Source: Chiloscyllium plagiosum
Lineage: Eukaryota
Direction: 5' to 3'
DNA length: 64,000 bases
Assembly: GCF_004010195.1 (NCBI RefSeq)
Contig: NC_057759.1
Span: 3,661,044-3,725,043 of the forward strand
Each line of letters starts with the position of its first letter. Position 1 is the first letter of the stretch. The translations under genes and the position numbers were made by a program. The notes below the pieces were generated by a model that was not told the origin of the DNA, ran no database searches, and worked only from the letters and a program-made list of their open reading frames with translations. Shown piece by piece: positions 27,733-41,217 of this stretch.

Positions 27733-30479
27733 ATCATCACTCAGTCCCCGATGCTCAAGGGAAAACTGTCCCAGCCTATCCAGCTTCTTATTTTTACTCA
27801 AATCGTCCAATCTGAGTTAAATCCCTGTGATTTTGTTTTTAAAGTAATACCATGCTTCCTATATCACAGGAACCAGAACTGTACACATTACTCGAAACGT
27901 GGTTACATGTCGACAATGACTACTGCACAACCTTCATTTATCTTCTTGGTCTCCTCTTGAAAACACACAAGTTTGTGAGACACAATTTCACAATTTCCTA
28001 CACACAAAGGCATACTGCATATTCCTCATCAGTCCTTGGATCCAAATACATGTAAATTCCAATTCTCAGAACTCCCTGAAATAACTTATACACTACATGA
28101 TTTCAGACACTCCCAGGCTTCTCCTTTCCTAAATATTGACACATTACACTTTAGTAACACCTTTGAAAATGTTTCACATGATAGACTGGTGAGCAAAATA
28201 AATGTGAGGTGATGCTCTTTGAAAGAAGGAATAATAGAAGGGAGTTACTCAATGAATGGCAGGACATTAAGACGCTTAGAGAAACAGCAGGATCTTGGGG
28301 TACTTGCCCACAGAGCCCTGAAGGTGGCAGGACAGATTAATGGAGTGTAAAGAAGGACTACCGGACACTTGCCTTTACCAGTCAAGGCATCAGTTCAGTT
28401 CAATGTGAATAACTTACAGCAATTTCCACCGAAGGGAATAAAACCAAAGACAATTGCTTAGGAGACTGCCCCTCACATGCCCCAAACACTTGCACAATGT
28501 GGACGGGAAGTTCTGCAATTCAGTTCAACGGTATTGCTTCTGTAATTGTGGTCTTGTCACACTGCAGCCAATGAAACTGACTGAGGAGGGGAAGGTCCAA
28601 CTAGCAATCCTTGGAGCAGTCCTTCTGAAAGCTGCTTTTGTCAAAAGAGTTCTCTGCCATTTTGCGCATTACAAAAAAACCCAAGATAACCTCAGAGGCT
28701 TGAGACACCTGCGAGACTGGCATGATTTAATATTCTTTTAATATCACAGCACTCAATATGACATTCACATTGTCTGGGTGTCAATGTCAATGTCATTTCT
28801 TTTGCTTCTTTAGCAGATGTGAGTTTGAAAAGAAGAAATTCACATTATTCCATTGGCCGCCCAGTACCCCCATTGGGCATGGTTTATGTCTATTATTGTT
28901 TAGAGCAGATGGCTACGGCTGTCTTTAAAGCACATGTAACAAAGGTCTTTATTGCATGGTTGTGTTCAGAGAACAAATAGAGGAAAACGGAGTCCCAAAA
29001 CATCAATGAGCCAATGATATTTTCTGAACTGACATGTTATACAGTTTTACCAATTCACAACAAGCATAAAGAAAAGCAGCAGATGCAGTGAACTTGGGAC
29101 CTCAAACCTTCTCTACCTAATAATTATGATGATTTTTGTTCTGATTGTTCATTACAAAGAACGTTTCTGCCATGCAATAGCAATTCGTACTGTTACAATG
29201 AAGTCATCAGGAATGTTAATGGAATGTTAATCCTTGCTTCAAGGTGATTGGAGTATTAGAGTAGAGAAGTCTTCCTGTAACTGTACAAAGTGTTGGAGAG
29301 ACCTCATCTGGAGCACTGCGAGCAGTTTCGCTCCTCGTATTTAAGGGAAAAAGCGATTTCATAGGAGTGTGCTCATCTAATCCCCACATTGTGGAAACAG
29401 GCCCTTCGGCCCAACAAGTCTACACTAACCCTCCAACGAGTAACCCACCTGGACACATTTCTCCTACCTTATATTTATCCCAAACTAATGCTGGTTGATT
29501 TTTGATGCTGGTTGATTTATTTTATTTATATCATAGAGACATTTGTTTTTTTGTTAAGCAGAGGTATTAAAGAGTTAGGGACCAAAGGTAGCTCTACGGA
29601 GTTGGGTAACAGATTACTGGCAGAACTGGCTGGAGGGCCTGAATGGCCTACTCCTGTTCCTTTGATATTCTAACATCTGCTATTTGTTTTTATTTTAAAT
29701 ATATTTTAGGAATTTATCAGTCTATTATTTTTCTCTATATTTCTTGTGTATCTAAATGCTTTCACTTGTTTGGAAGCTTTTTGTCATACGTCATAGTCCC
29801 CGAATTCTCTGGTGTACATAAATCTTGGCAGCACTGGACATCGTTGGCATCTACTTTTCTAATTGAGATGGAAACCTTTCCAAACATCCCTTGAACGAGA
29901 AATGAAAATCTTTCTGACCTCACTCTCTCTCATACTCCAGCCTGATCTATCTTCTGAGTGCAGAATGAGGCCTCCAGGGGAAATCTTGCTGTATTTCAAC
30001 TTCTGGCAATGCTCCAAAGTGACTTTGAGGATTCAGGGAACCAGGGGTGGATAATCGTTGTATCAGTGGATGGAAAGTGGGATGTTGGTTGAATTAATTC
30101 ACAGGATGAGTTTCAGGAAGCAACATGACAGAAGCAGACGTCAACCGTGGAGGCGAGAGTACAAAGGTTGTTATGTTTTCACGTCCATGTACACTCTTCC
30201 CTCACGACTGAGGCTGATTCATTTTTACTCATATGATCCATGTTCAAGACTGCATAAGTAACTCCTTCACATTTCTTGTCATTCACATGGGAATACTCGC
30301 CCTGCATTCAGCAAACATGCAAAGTGGTGTTTGTAAAGTATGCACTGATATCTTGCACTTCTGTTACTCACGAAAGTTTGTTTGCCTATCTAAACAAACC
30401 TATTGCTTCCTGTCAATCCCCTTCACACCAACCCTACACACTATTGTTTATTTTTGTCTTTTCAGTCTCTCAATTTGCA

Positions 30480-31362
30480 TGAGGATTCCAGAAGGTATTG
30501 TTAGTAAGATTGCGGATGACGCCAAAATTAGGGTTATTTGTGAAGAAGGTTATCTAAGAGTACAATAATATCTCGATTAGATGGGACAATGGGCCAAGGA
30601 GTGGCAGATGGAGTTTAATTTGGATAATTTTTCTAAGGTATTCCAGGGTAGGACTTACACAGTTAATGGAACGGTCCGAGGAATGTTTCCAATCAGAGGA
30701 ACTTCCGGGTGCAGGTACGTAGTTCCCTGTAAATGATGTTGCTGGTATACAGGGTGGTGAAGGTGTTATTTGATAAAATTGCCTTCATTTGCCAGAGTAT
30801 AGGAATTAGGTCAACATGTTGCAGCTGCACAAGATATTGATGAGGTCATTTTTAGAATACTTGTATACTGTTGGCCGCCATGTGATAGGAAAGATGTTAT
30901 TAAATTAGAAAAAGAAATCCAAGAATGTAACCAGAATTCGAGGGTTGAGTTATAGGGAGAGGCTGCATAGGCTGGGACGTTTTTTCCTGGAGCGTCGGAG
31001 ATTGAGGGGCAACCTTATAGAGGTTTGTAAAACTATAAGGGGCGGAGTTCATGAGAATAAACAAGGTCTTTTCCCCAGAACCGGGGAGTCCAAACCCAGA
31101 GGGCATAGCTTTAAGGTCAGATGGGAATGATGTAAAAGGGAGCTAAGTGTGGTTTGTATATGTAATGAATTGTCAGAGGAAGTGGTAGAGGTGGATAGAA
31201 TGACAAAGTTTGAAAGACATTTAGATAGTTATATGAATAGGAATGCTTTAGAGTGATATGGGTCAAATACAGGCCAATGGAACTAGTTTGGTTTAGGCAA
31301 TCTCGTTGACATGGACAAGTTGGGCAAAAGGGTCTGTGCACATGTTGTACAATTCTATGACT
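30480..31362 (+). mobile_element. CR1 LINE 3' fragment
   Basis: VSKIADDAKI; LSYRERLHRLG..LERRRLRGNLIEV. Confidence 0.8.
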
Positions 31363-32149
31363 CTCGCTTTTCAATGTGCTTCCTATGTTTATCTCTACCT
31401 CAATATTTCATTGCCATAACCCTCATTCTCACGACTATTTGCCCAATTATCCCTCGATTCTGTGTTGACTTTCTGCATCCCTCACTATCTCACTCTCTCT
31501 GTTAATCAATCTATACTTGTCCTAAACTTCCTCAAACTCCAAGTATGACTTTTTTATTCCAGGACTCTCTCTCGAAATCTAATCAGACTTTGCGTAGCAA
31601 AAAAATAAAAGTGATTAAAGTTTGGTTAATAATTGTGTGCTTATCATGGGATTGTAATAGATCAAATTGGCGTTGCCACCTGTGAAAAAGGAAGCATAGA
31701 AGTTGAGTTTTTCTCTGCCTGTTTTAGGAGTGACACTCAGTAGTTCATGTTGTCAACTGTTTGTGTGTGCTTATTCCTGATGCCCATTGAAATATAGGCC
31801 CAATTTTTTTTTACTGTAGCCCCAATCTTGCTTTGTGTACAGAAAGAGAGAGAGAGAGAGAGACATCTGGTGTTTCAAACAGCTGGTTATCACACCTCAG
31901 TGGATGGAAACATTGAGATGGATAGTTCACAGGCAGCGTTGAAATTGAACCCATATTATTGGAGGCACCCACCAGTCATTACAACGAATCTCCCTTGCAT
32001 AGCCTTCAATCTATTAAATGGTGACAATGTTTATTTATTGGATATATAATCTCTCAACTAGGATGATTCCTGGGATGGCGTTATTGTCTTATGTGTTAAA
32101 AATATTGCGACTCTACTCACTGGAGTTTAGAAGAATGGAGGCAATCTCA

Positions 32150-32437
32150 TTAGAATAGATTACCTCCAGTTTGAAACAGGCCTTTCAGCCCAACAGGTCT
32201 ACACCGACCCTGCGAAGAGCAATCCACCCAGACCCATACCCTACATTCACCCTGTCTGATGCACCTAACGCGACAGGCAACTTAGCATGGCCAAGTTACC
32301 TAACCTGCATATCTTTGGACTGTGGAAAGAAACCAGAGCACACCGGGGGAAACCCACAGAGACAGTTGCCCATGGCTGGAATCGACCCTGGATCCCTGGC
32401 GCTGTGGGGAAGCAGTGGAAACCACTTAGCCACCGTG
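32150..32437 (-). mobile_element. HE1-like V-SINE (internally deleted)
   Basis: Homology to the other SINE copies. Confidence 0.7.
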
Positions 32438-33751
32438 CTGCTGGGAGAGCTTTGTATGTTGGGAGAATGTTTCCCCCTCATTGAAGCGTCACGGACCAGA
32501 AGGTAAAGTCTCAGAATCAAGGGGTGTCAATGGATGACTGAGATGAGCAAGATTGTCTTCTATCGGATGTTTTGGTGTCTTTGGAACTTCTTACCACAGA
32601 GAAATGCATGAGTGGGCAGAGTCCTTGTGTATATTTAAGGCTGAAACAGATACATTATTGATTAATCAGTGAATCAAGTGGTTGTGAGAGATGTCGGATC
32701 AGCCATGGTTCGAATACCTGACTACTGTTGCCCGTTCGTATGTTCCTATGATCCCATTGAATATTCCCAATCTCACGGTTCCAGATAAATTCTGAACATG
32801 TTCTGTAAGTTGCATCTTTGCCCTGTCTGTGCAAACCAGAGTCCAGATGGAAACTGAAAAGCAACATAACTTGGATAGTTTTTCTTCATCCTTCACACAG
32901 AGGAAAACAAACCACACACTACTCATTCCAGCGCACTGGGTCTTCTCTATGATATGATTAAATTCTCCAATGCCCTGACACGGTATTGGAAAATCAGGCT
33001 GTAGGAATGGATTACAGCTTTATCATTGACATTTCTGATTTATTTTGAGGACAGAATAGAACAAGAGTGAATGCAAACACAAAGGTATCACCTCAAATGC
33101 TTGTTTCAACGTGATGTGTTTAACTTCAACATGATGCACACAGTGGCCCAAATGAAATGGCTTGTGTTTTATCTGCCAGTCATTGAGCTAGCTTTTCTGA
33201 AGGAGTGTCAGTGGACTAGAAACATGAATGCTGTCCATGTCTCTTCACAGATGCTATCAGACTTACTGTGTTTCTCCTGCATTGTCTAGTGTTATTTTCT
33301 TTCGCTGTTTGACCGCAACAGTATCCACGACCCCAGCATTCAGATTATTTCAATGTTTGTTTCTGATGCTGTGACGCTGTCTTAACAGAGAGTGAATAAT
33401 CATAGAGTGAACAGGAATGAAGTTTAGAATTTCTCTACTAAAACGATTTACCCATTTATCACCTTAATAATCACAAAGAAAGATGTCACTTTTTATAGCG
33501 ATCATTACAACTAGTCATTAGCACCAGTGATATACTTACAAATGCCATCATTGTTTTTGCTTTGTCTATTTTGAACTGTTGAGGATGGAGTCCTGGAACA
33601 TTGGCTCAAATGTACTCCAGATGCAAAGGGAGTTGATGGCACAAACATCATCAAGGATTAAATACGAGATCTAAAGATGTATTAATGCACGTCTATCTGT
33701 TGCATAAAGTCAAGTATCAGAAAAAAAACAAGAGTCATTTAAAATTCTCAC

Positions 33752-33779
33752 CTCTGAACATTTCGATATTTATTTCGGC
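33752..33779 (-). pseudogene. Candidate cytoplasmic exon (G)RNKYRNVQ(R)
   Basis: ctatatccctcag acceptor, gtgaga donor, phase-1 start matches the TM exon end. Confidence 0.55.
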
Positions 33780-34764
33780 CTGAGGGATATAGAGCAATAA
33801 TGTAATGGTGAAATACATCAAACATGATGGTCAATGTCAATAATATAACACAAAGGCCTGTGGGGTATTGGATATCAGTATCAAAAATCAGAGAATGTTT
33901 AAGAAACACAGCAGCTATGAAACTATCTGTATACACAGAACAAACAGAAATCTAATGCTCAAGGGGGAGTTGGGAGTCCGGGTAAAGGATTCTCTTCAGG
34001 TGAACAGGCAGGTTCAGTTGGCAGTTAGGAAGACAAATGCATTGTTAGCACTCATTGCTAGAGGGTTGAAATACAAGAGCAGAGATGTACTACTGTGGCC
34101 GTATAAGGCTCAGGTCAGACCACATTTGGAACATTAGGAGCAGCTTTAGACCCTGTATGTGTGGAAGAATGTACTGAGCTTGGAGGGAGTCCAGAGGAGG
34201 TTCGCAAGAAAGATCCCAGAGATGAAGGGCTTGCCATGTGACAAATGGTTAAAGAGTAGACATGGAGAAGATGTTTCCAGGAGTAGGAGAGATAAGGATC
34301 CGAGGGCAGGAGGCTTAGAGTGAGGAAGTAACCCTGGAGGAATTTCTTCAAACAGAGGATGGTGAATCTGTCGAAATGTTTGTCACAGAGGGCTATGGAG
34401 ACCAGGTCATTGACTTCCTTGAGAACAGAATTATATCGTGTGTTGAGTGGGAAAGGTGATCCAGGGTTACAGATAAAAGGCAGGACAATGGGTTTGAGAA
34501 ACTTATCAGTCACGATCGATAGATAGGACAAACAGGGACTGAATGCCCTAATTCTGCTCCTATGTCTTAAGGTCTTATAGTCTGTTCAAGGTGCTTGACA
34601 AATTCATTGCTGAGAGGATGATTCGTCCTCATGTGAGAGTGAAGGATCAGAGGGTACAGTCTCAGAATACAGGGGCACCAGTTGAAGAATAAGATGAGGA
34701 GCGATTTCTTCTGTCAGAGAGTTGAGAGTTTTTAGAACTCCACGTTCAAGAGTCTCTCTTTCTC

Positions 34765-34766
<2 letters not shown>

Positions 34767-34820
<54 letters not shown>
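34767..34820. repeat. (TG)27 microsatellite
   Basis: Direct observation. Confidence 0.97.
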
Positions 34821-34823
<3 letters not shown>

Positions 34824-36919
34824 CTTTGTGCATATGTTGGGTGGTGTCCACAATCCTTGTGTATATTGAAGATTGAGGTAGATTCTTCACCAACTGGGGA
34901 ATGATGGGTTGCAGGCAGGAAAGTGGACATGAGGACTGGGGGGAGGGGCAGACATGGCAGAAGTGGGTACTGCAGATGCTGGAGATTAGAATCAAGATTA
35001 AGTGGTGCTGGAAAAGCACAGCAGGTCAGACAGCATCCGAGGTGCAGGAAAATCGATGTTTCGCGCAAAATCTCTTTACCATAGGATCAGCGATCATTCT
35101 GTTGGTGGATCAGGCTCCAGGACACCAACGTATACTCTTGTTTCTATTTCTTTTAGTATTATGGACTTGAAATGTTAACTCTGTTTCTATCTCTCTCACT
35201 CCTCAGATGCTGCCAGACCTGCTGAGTTACTCCAGTGATTTCTCTTTCTCTGAATTATTTTCTGAATACAACATGTAAGTCGTTAATTTGGACATTTAAA
35301 TGAAACCTCCTGAAACGAAACATTAAATAAAACTATGGATATTTCCACTGAAACGTACAAAGAGGAGACCAAAAGCGAAAAAAACACGTTTTCCTGTTAC
35401 AATTTAGAACATCCGCAGAGGAGATAGAGATGATTGCCCGTGAATCTACCCTGACCCTTCAAAGAGCATCCCATATACCTGTAACTCCACACTTCCCATC
35501 ACTAATCCACCTAGACCACACACCATCCCTGGACACTTTAGCATGGCCATTCACCTAATCTATTCATCTCTATTGTTTTTTAATGTCTAGATGATTAGCC
35601 AATCAACAAACCATCATCCCTTGCTTCAAAAAGAGTGTATCACGGTGAAATGACTGTATGGAACAGACCGTTTGATGAAAATATTCTTAGCTACAGTTGA
35701 CAAAGGCTGAAATCCATGTAACTGCCTCAGGTCCATATCCCCTTCAGAGCTTTATTCAACAAATAATTCTCTGTCTCACATTTGAAATTGGCTACTGATG
35801 CGGCATCCACTGCCTTTTTGAATTAAGTTCTGTGTCTATATGGAAGGAAAAGGACCTCAACTGGACATCTGCTATGAATATATTAATGGCCCAGACGGCT
35901 GGACAAACCACATGGGTCGTTCTTTAACACCCATAATTTGTTTGCCTTTCTGTGCACAGAATGGTTCCTATGAGACCTTCATTGAGGGGTTTGTGTGTTG
36001 ACAGTGTTATTGGACACTTCTCCAGAACTGATAGCAACATACCACGTGGTTCCATCTTGAAGTTCGTGATGAAATTCTTCTAAGTTGTGGTTGAAAGCTG
36101 ATTTATATTTTTTTAAAATTCATTCGTGGGATGTAGGCATCTCTGTCCCGGCCAGCATTTATTATCTCTGCTCTTAGGGACCTCTTCTCTCAAAGTGAAT
36201 TGACTCTCCTGAGGTTTCAGAAAAAAGCACATTTTTGTGCTCCTCTCTGAACACATCAGCTGCTACCTTTCCTCACGTCTACCTTTCTCTCTCTAATGTA
36301 AACACTTAAACATCAGGGTTTTAAAGACCCCATTTCGATGTGTGTGAACAGAAAAATCTCCAGATATGCCAGTGTCATTTTCGCTGAATCACCTAACACG
36401 ATTTTTTTTTTAAAAAACTGTCTTGCTCATCTGAGCACACGAAACTAAAATTATTTGAATCGGAGAGTGACACAGCAGGGAAACAGACATTTCTGTTCAG
36501 CTTGTCCATACCGACCAGATTTCCATAACTAAGCTAGTCCTATTTACCTGCATTTGATCCATGTACCTGTCCAAACGTCTCTTAAGTGTTGTAATTGGAC
36601 TCGCATCTACAAAACTTCTCCTGGCAGCTCGTTCTATATATGCACGACCCACTGTGTGAAAAAGTTGCTCCTAAAGTCTCTTTTAAAATTTTCACTTCTC
36701 ATCTTAAATCTATGCACCTCTTTTTTTGGTCTCCGTTACCCTGGGGAAAAGACCTTGACTGTTTATCTTATCAATGCCTCGCATGATTTTCTAACTCTCT
36801 GTAAGATGACCATTCAGCCTCTGACATCTGGAGAAATAAATCGTAGTCTATCCAGACTTTCATTGTAAGTCAAACCCTCCAATCCCAGCAACATCCCAGC
36901 AGCATCTCAAAAGCATCCT

Positions 36920-37240
36920 AGCACGGTGGCTCAGTGGTTAGCGCTGTTACTTCACAATGCTAGGGACCTGGGTTCGATTTCAGCTTCGGGTGTCTCTCTG
37001 TGTGGAGTTTGCACATTCTTCCTGTGTCTGTGTCTATTCCCTCTGTGCGCTCTGGTTTCCACAATGCAAAGATGTGCAGGGCAAGTGAATTGGTCATGCT
37101 AAATTGCGCATGTTGTTAAAGGGTGTGCAGATTAGGTGCTTTAGGGTAGAGGAATGTGTTTGGGTAGGATATTCTTCAGAGGGTCGATATGGACTTATTG
37201 GGGCAAAGGGCCTGTTTCCACAGTGTCGGGATTCAATGGA
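36920..37240 (+). mobile_element. HE1-like V-SINE
   Basis: gcacggtggctcagtggttagc...ggttcgatt...gtgtggagtttgcacatt. Confidence 0.8.
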
Positions 37241-37857
37241 ACTATGCCTCAGCAATTTTTTTAACCTATTCTACTTAAACCACATCTTTCCTAAAGCAGG
37301 GCGACCAGAATTGTAAGTAGTATTCCGAAAGGAACCTCACCAATATCCTGTACAGCCGGAACTTGACATCCCAACTCCTATTCTCAATGCTCTGACCAAT
37401 GAAGGTGAGTGTGCCAAATGCCTTTTTCACTAACATGTCGACCTGTGACCCTACTTTCAAGGAACTGTGCACCTTTGCCCCTGGATCCTTCTGGTCAACA
37501 ATACTCCCCAGAGCCCCTTTGGCACCATATTTTCAAATAGCATCAATACCTTATTGAACTTGATCACATCTATCTATTCCCTTTACAATGGATAAATTTT
37601 CAGAGCGAAAGAAAACACAGGAACAGGAAAAGACCCATCAGTCTGGTTTAGAACTATTCTAATACCATTTCGTCAGCACTTGGCCTGTAGCCTTGGCATC
37701 ACAACTGCACATCAAAATACATTTCTCCCACCTTAGAGAAGTGAGTTCTACATTCCTCATTATAATCTAGATTAATCCTGGTAATTCGTCGCCACACCCT
37801 CTTCCACTGCTAACAAATCCCTCCTAACCAGTTGCATTACACATTTCAATAAATTAC

Positions 37858-37950
37858 CTTTCTTGAAAATTATGAGGCATACCACAAGTAAAATAATGAT
37901 CACGGCAGCAGATCCCAGTCCGATTTACAGATATAATCCTGGCTTGGCAC
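37858..37950 (-). pseudogene. Transmembrane exon with premature TAA
   Basis: ttttcattgcatag|...|gtaatt; 93 nt, phase 1-1; GAKPGLYL*IGLGSAAVIIILLVVCLIIFKK; stop at 37925-37927. Confidence 0.8.
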
Positions 37951-39234
37951 CTATGCAATGAAAAGCAATGGCGTGACATTAATGAAAAGGAAATAAACAT
38001 CAACATGTCCCGCTGACAATAATATCCATCCTCAAGCATCACATGTTGTATTTTATCACACACATTCTGACTTAAACAGCAAACACAACAAATGGACACT
38101 TCAAAGCCTTTCACAACTTAATGTTCTTGAAATTTAATTCGGAGAGTATATCTGTTCTATCATAGAGTGTTCACCATTTTGTGGCTGCAGAGTGAGATTT
38201 ACTAGAATGTTGTCTTGGAGGCTGGCGAGTTTCAGTGATGGAAATAATTTGCACAGATAGGGATTCTGTTCGTTAGAGCAGGAGAGTTTAAGAGAAATGG
38301 ACATGATTGAGTAGCATACATTGATAAAGGCCATGGTTAGCGTAGACAGGAAGAAGGGATTGATGCCGGGAGAGACGGGAGTGCTATTTTGTCAGTAAGG
38401 GGTAGAAATCTGAGAGGTGATGTGAGAATTTTTGGGAACACCCAGAGAGCAGTGGAAATCTGGAACACTCTGCCTGTAAACATGGAAGAAGCACAAACCT
38501 TCATCATACTGAAGGAGGAGGTGGATGTGCACTTGCGATGCCAAAGCAGACTAAGCTATGGGTTGGCCAATGGGTTCAGAGAATCAGAGGTGTTAGTTTT
38601 TAACCAACACAGATTCGATGTGTGAAAGGTCCTGTTTCTATGCTGTAGCTCTCTATGACCCAAGGACATGCAATTCCAGAACTCCCAGTCAAATCGAGTA
38701 TTACCCAAAATCATTCCCTGAGTATGTCCACTGTTCGTTATTTTGATTACTTCTGCTCCTCTGGCAGATATTCTTGAAGAAATTTCACCTGCTCTGGTTA
38801 ATTCACGAATATGCATCTTTCCACCCAACTCAAAAGCAACGGAGGAAACTTTGCTGAAGATTGGGGACACGAAATGATCTAATAGTCTTGTTTGACAATG
38901 CATGGAAACCTCTCTGTCAAAGCCCAGGGGTTATGCCCTACTGAACAATGGCAGCAGCATCTAGCATTGATTGTGAATCAAGATAAAGTCAGCCAATTCA
39001 GAAGGAGATAGCCACTTACCAGGAGAAGGGGTTTATAACCTACTCTCAGACTTTCGATCAAATTGCAAGCAATTAAAATGAGGGCATAAGACAGGCTTAA
39101 AATCTGAAGTACCACGAATCATTGAACAGTCTTTTTGTAAAGATCAAATCAGACACAAATTAAAATAATAGTTTCTCCTATTCTTACGTATTTATGAAAA
39201 CGAGGAAGACTTTCACATACTAAAGCTCGTAATT

Positions 39235-40210
39235 ACCAGGCTGTAAGTTTGCTCGCTGAGCTAGAAGATTTGTTTTCATACGTTTCGTCACTATACTAGG
39301 TAACATCATCAGTTACCTTGACATGGTTACCTTCGCCTCCGGTGAAGCGTTGGTGTTATGTCCCGCTTTTTAGTTATATTTCTTGGTCAATTAAGGTATG
39401 TGATAACATTTCTGGTTATTTTTCTCAGAGGTTGGTAAATAGGGTTCAAATCGATGTGTTTATTGATGGAGTTCCAGTTTGAATGCCAAGCCTCTGGGAA
39501 CTCTGTCTCTGTTTAGTATTTCCTAGGATGGCTCTGTTGTCCCAGTCGAAGTCGTGTCCTTCTTCGTCTGTATGTAAGTATATTAGTGATGGTGCGTCAT
39601 GTCTTTTGGTAGCTAGTTAGTGTCCATGTATGTTCAAAGCCAGTTTTCTGCTTGTTTGTCTGGTGAAGTGTTTGTTATTGTCCGTGCATAGTATTTTGTA
39701 GATGACATTCGTTTTGCTGGTTGTTTGCTTAGGGTTCTTTAGGTTAATCTCTGACCCGTTGTTTCAGTGTGTTGTTAGGTCCCAATGAAGGGCTTTTTCC
39801 CGAAACGTCGAGTTTCCTGCTCATCGGATGCTGCCTGACCAGCTTTGCTTTTCCAGCAACACTCTAACCTAGACTCTAATCTCCAGCATCTGCAGCCCTC
39901 ACTTATGGCGTGTTGGTAGGTTTGTCGGCTACTGCGATGCCAAGGAGTCTGAGTAGTCTGGTCATCATTTCAGAAATGATGTATGGCAATGTAGCTAGAG
40001 TTTCTGGGTGCATTATGTCTGTTTGTTTTGGTTTGTTGTTTAGGAATAGGAGGACTGTGTTTATTGGATATATATTCTTCTTGAATATGTTGTATAGATA
40101 TCTTTCTTTTCCTGCCCCTGAGTACTACAGTGTGTTGTGGCCCGTTTAACTAATGCCCTGATGCAGCTCCATTTGGGATGATTGCTTCTCTATTTGAGTA
40201 GCTGATGTGT
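39235..40210 (-). mobile_element. PLE GIY-YIG/3' fragment with a nested short repeat; inverted terminal piece at ~40600-40870
   Basis: Homology to 3690-4430. Confidence 0.7.
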
Positions 40211-40887
40211 GTGTGTTGATTTTCTATCGACCCTGTTCTGACGTTTTTCATTAACTGCTTCTTTTGTTGCAAACTGCTGTTGCATTTCTGATGGGGCGAC
40301 TCTCCCGAGCCGCCTCCAGGATGGGATTCTGCACAGCTTTCACATCATGTTGCATGCACACACGCCAACACCAATGTCGGTCACTACAAGCGTGCAGGTA
40401 AGTGTTGTGGTGCCGAGGAGTGTACATGCGGTCCAGGTCATTTGCCTCTGGTGAGAAACAGACCGAAAAGAAAAATAATAATAAACATTTAATAAGCATA
40501 CTTATTTTAAAGATGTGCCTCATAGGAGTGAAAGGCATGAGGAACGCAGCTCACTGCGTCAATGAATGTGGAAATGAATGTGATTTGCATTCCCAGAGGC
40601 CAGGTATTCAAACCAAATCTCCATCAATAAGCACATCGATTTGGAACCCATTTACCAACTTCTGAGTCAAAGAACCGGAAACGCCATTACCCAACTTAAC
40701 AATCTAAGATACACAAACAGAAAGCTGACAGAACATCAGTGCTTCACCAGAGGCTCACTGATGATGTTACCTAACACATGGTGATGGAATATCTGAATAC
40801 AAACCTGCCAGCTCAGCAAGCAAACGTACAGCCTGAACATCAACCTGAGCTACAAATCTTCTCAAAACCGCTAACACATGTAGTTAC

Positions 40888-41217
40888 CTTTTCATGGGTG
40901 TTCCACCTCTCTTTTCTCTGTGACTGAAACAGATTGGCTGGACGGGGTAAGGATGGCCCGCCCATTAACGTCTGTTTGATATCGACAACTGTAGTTTCCT
41001 GTAGAAGAATGTTCATGGACATTGATGGTAAAGGCGGAGTTATCTTCGAGACCAGTCACATGACGATGCTGTATAAAACCTTGCTGCCGGCTGTTATACA
41101 AGTATAATATTCCTCCTCTGGACCGAATCTCACCTTTGCAGGAAATCATGACATTGTCCCTGTTTGAATTCGCAGCGGAATTTGCCAGCACGTTGATAAT
41201 TGGTTTGGAGAGTTGAT
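40888..41217 (-). pseudogene. Ig domain 2 exon (C2-type)
   Basis: DQLSKPIINV...ISCKG...LYLY...SAFTI...GNYSCRY...SQSVSVTEK; 50 aa between the Cys; 330 nt, phase 1-1, to a gtaact donor; TGA at 40892-40894. Confidence 0.85.

Larger units (their letters stand above)
28392..32942 (+). repeat. Segmental duplication, copy A'
   Basis: Collinear with 13045-19652, e.g. gttctgtaagttgcatctttg, caacatgacagaagcagac, gtgagttt.aaaagaag. Confidence 0.85.

Noticed and set aside
28454..28741. 95-aa ORF in the duplicated island
   Set aside because: Frame not conserved in the paralogue at 13100-13400
34722..35068. CV/HT-repeat ORFs
   Set aside because: (TG)n microsatellite within TE sequence
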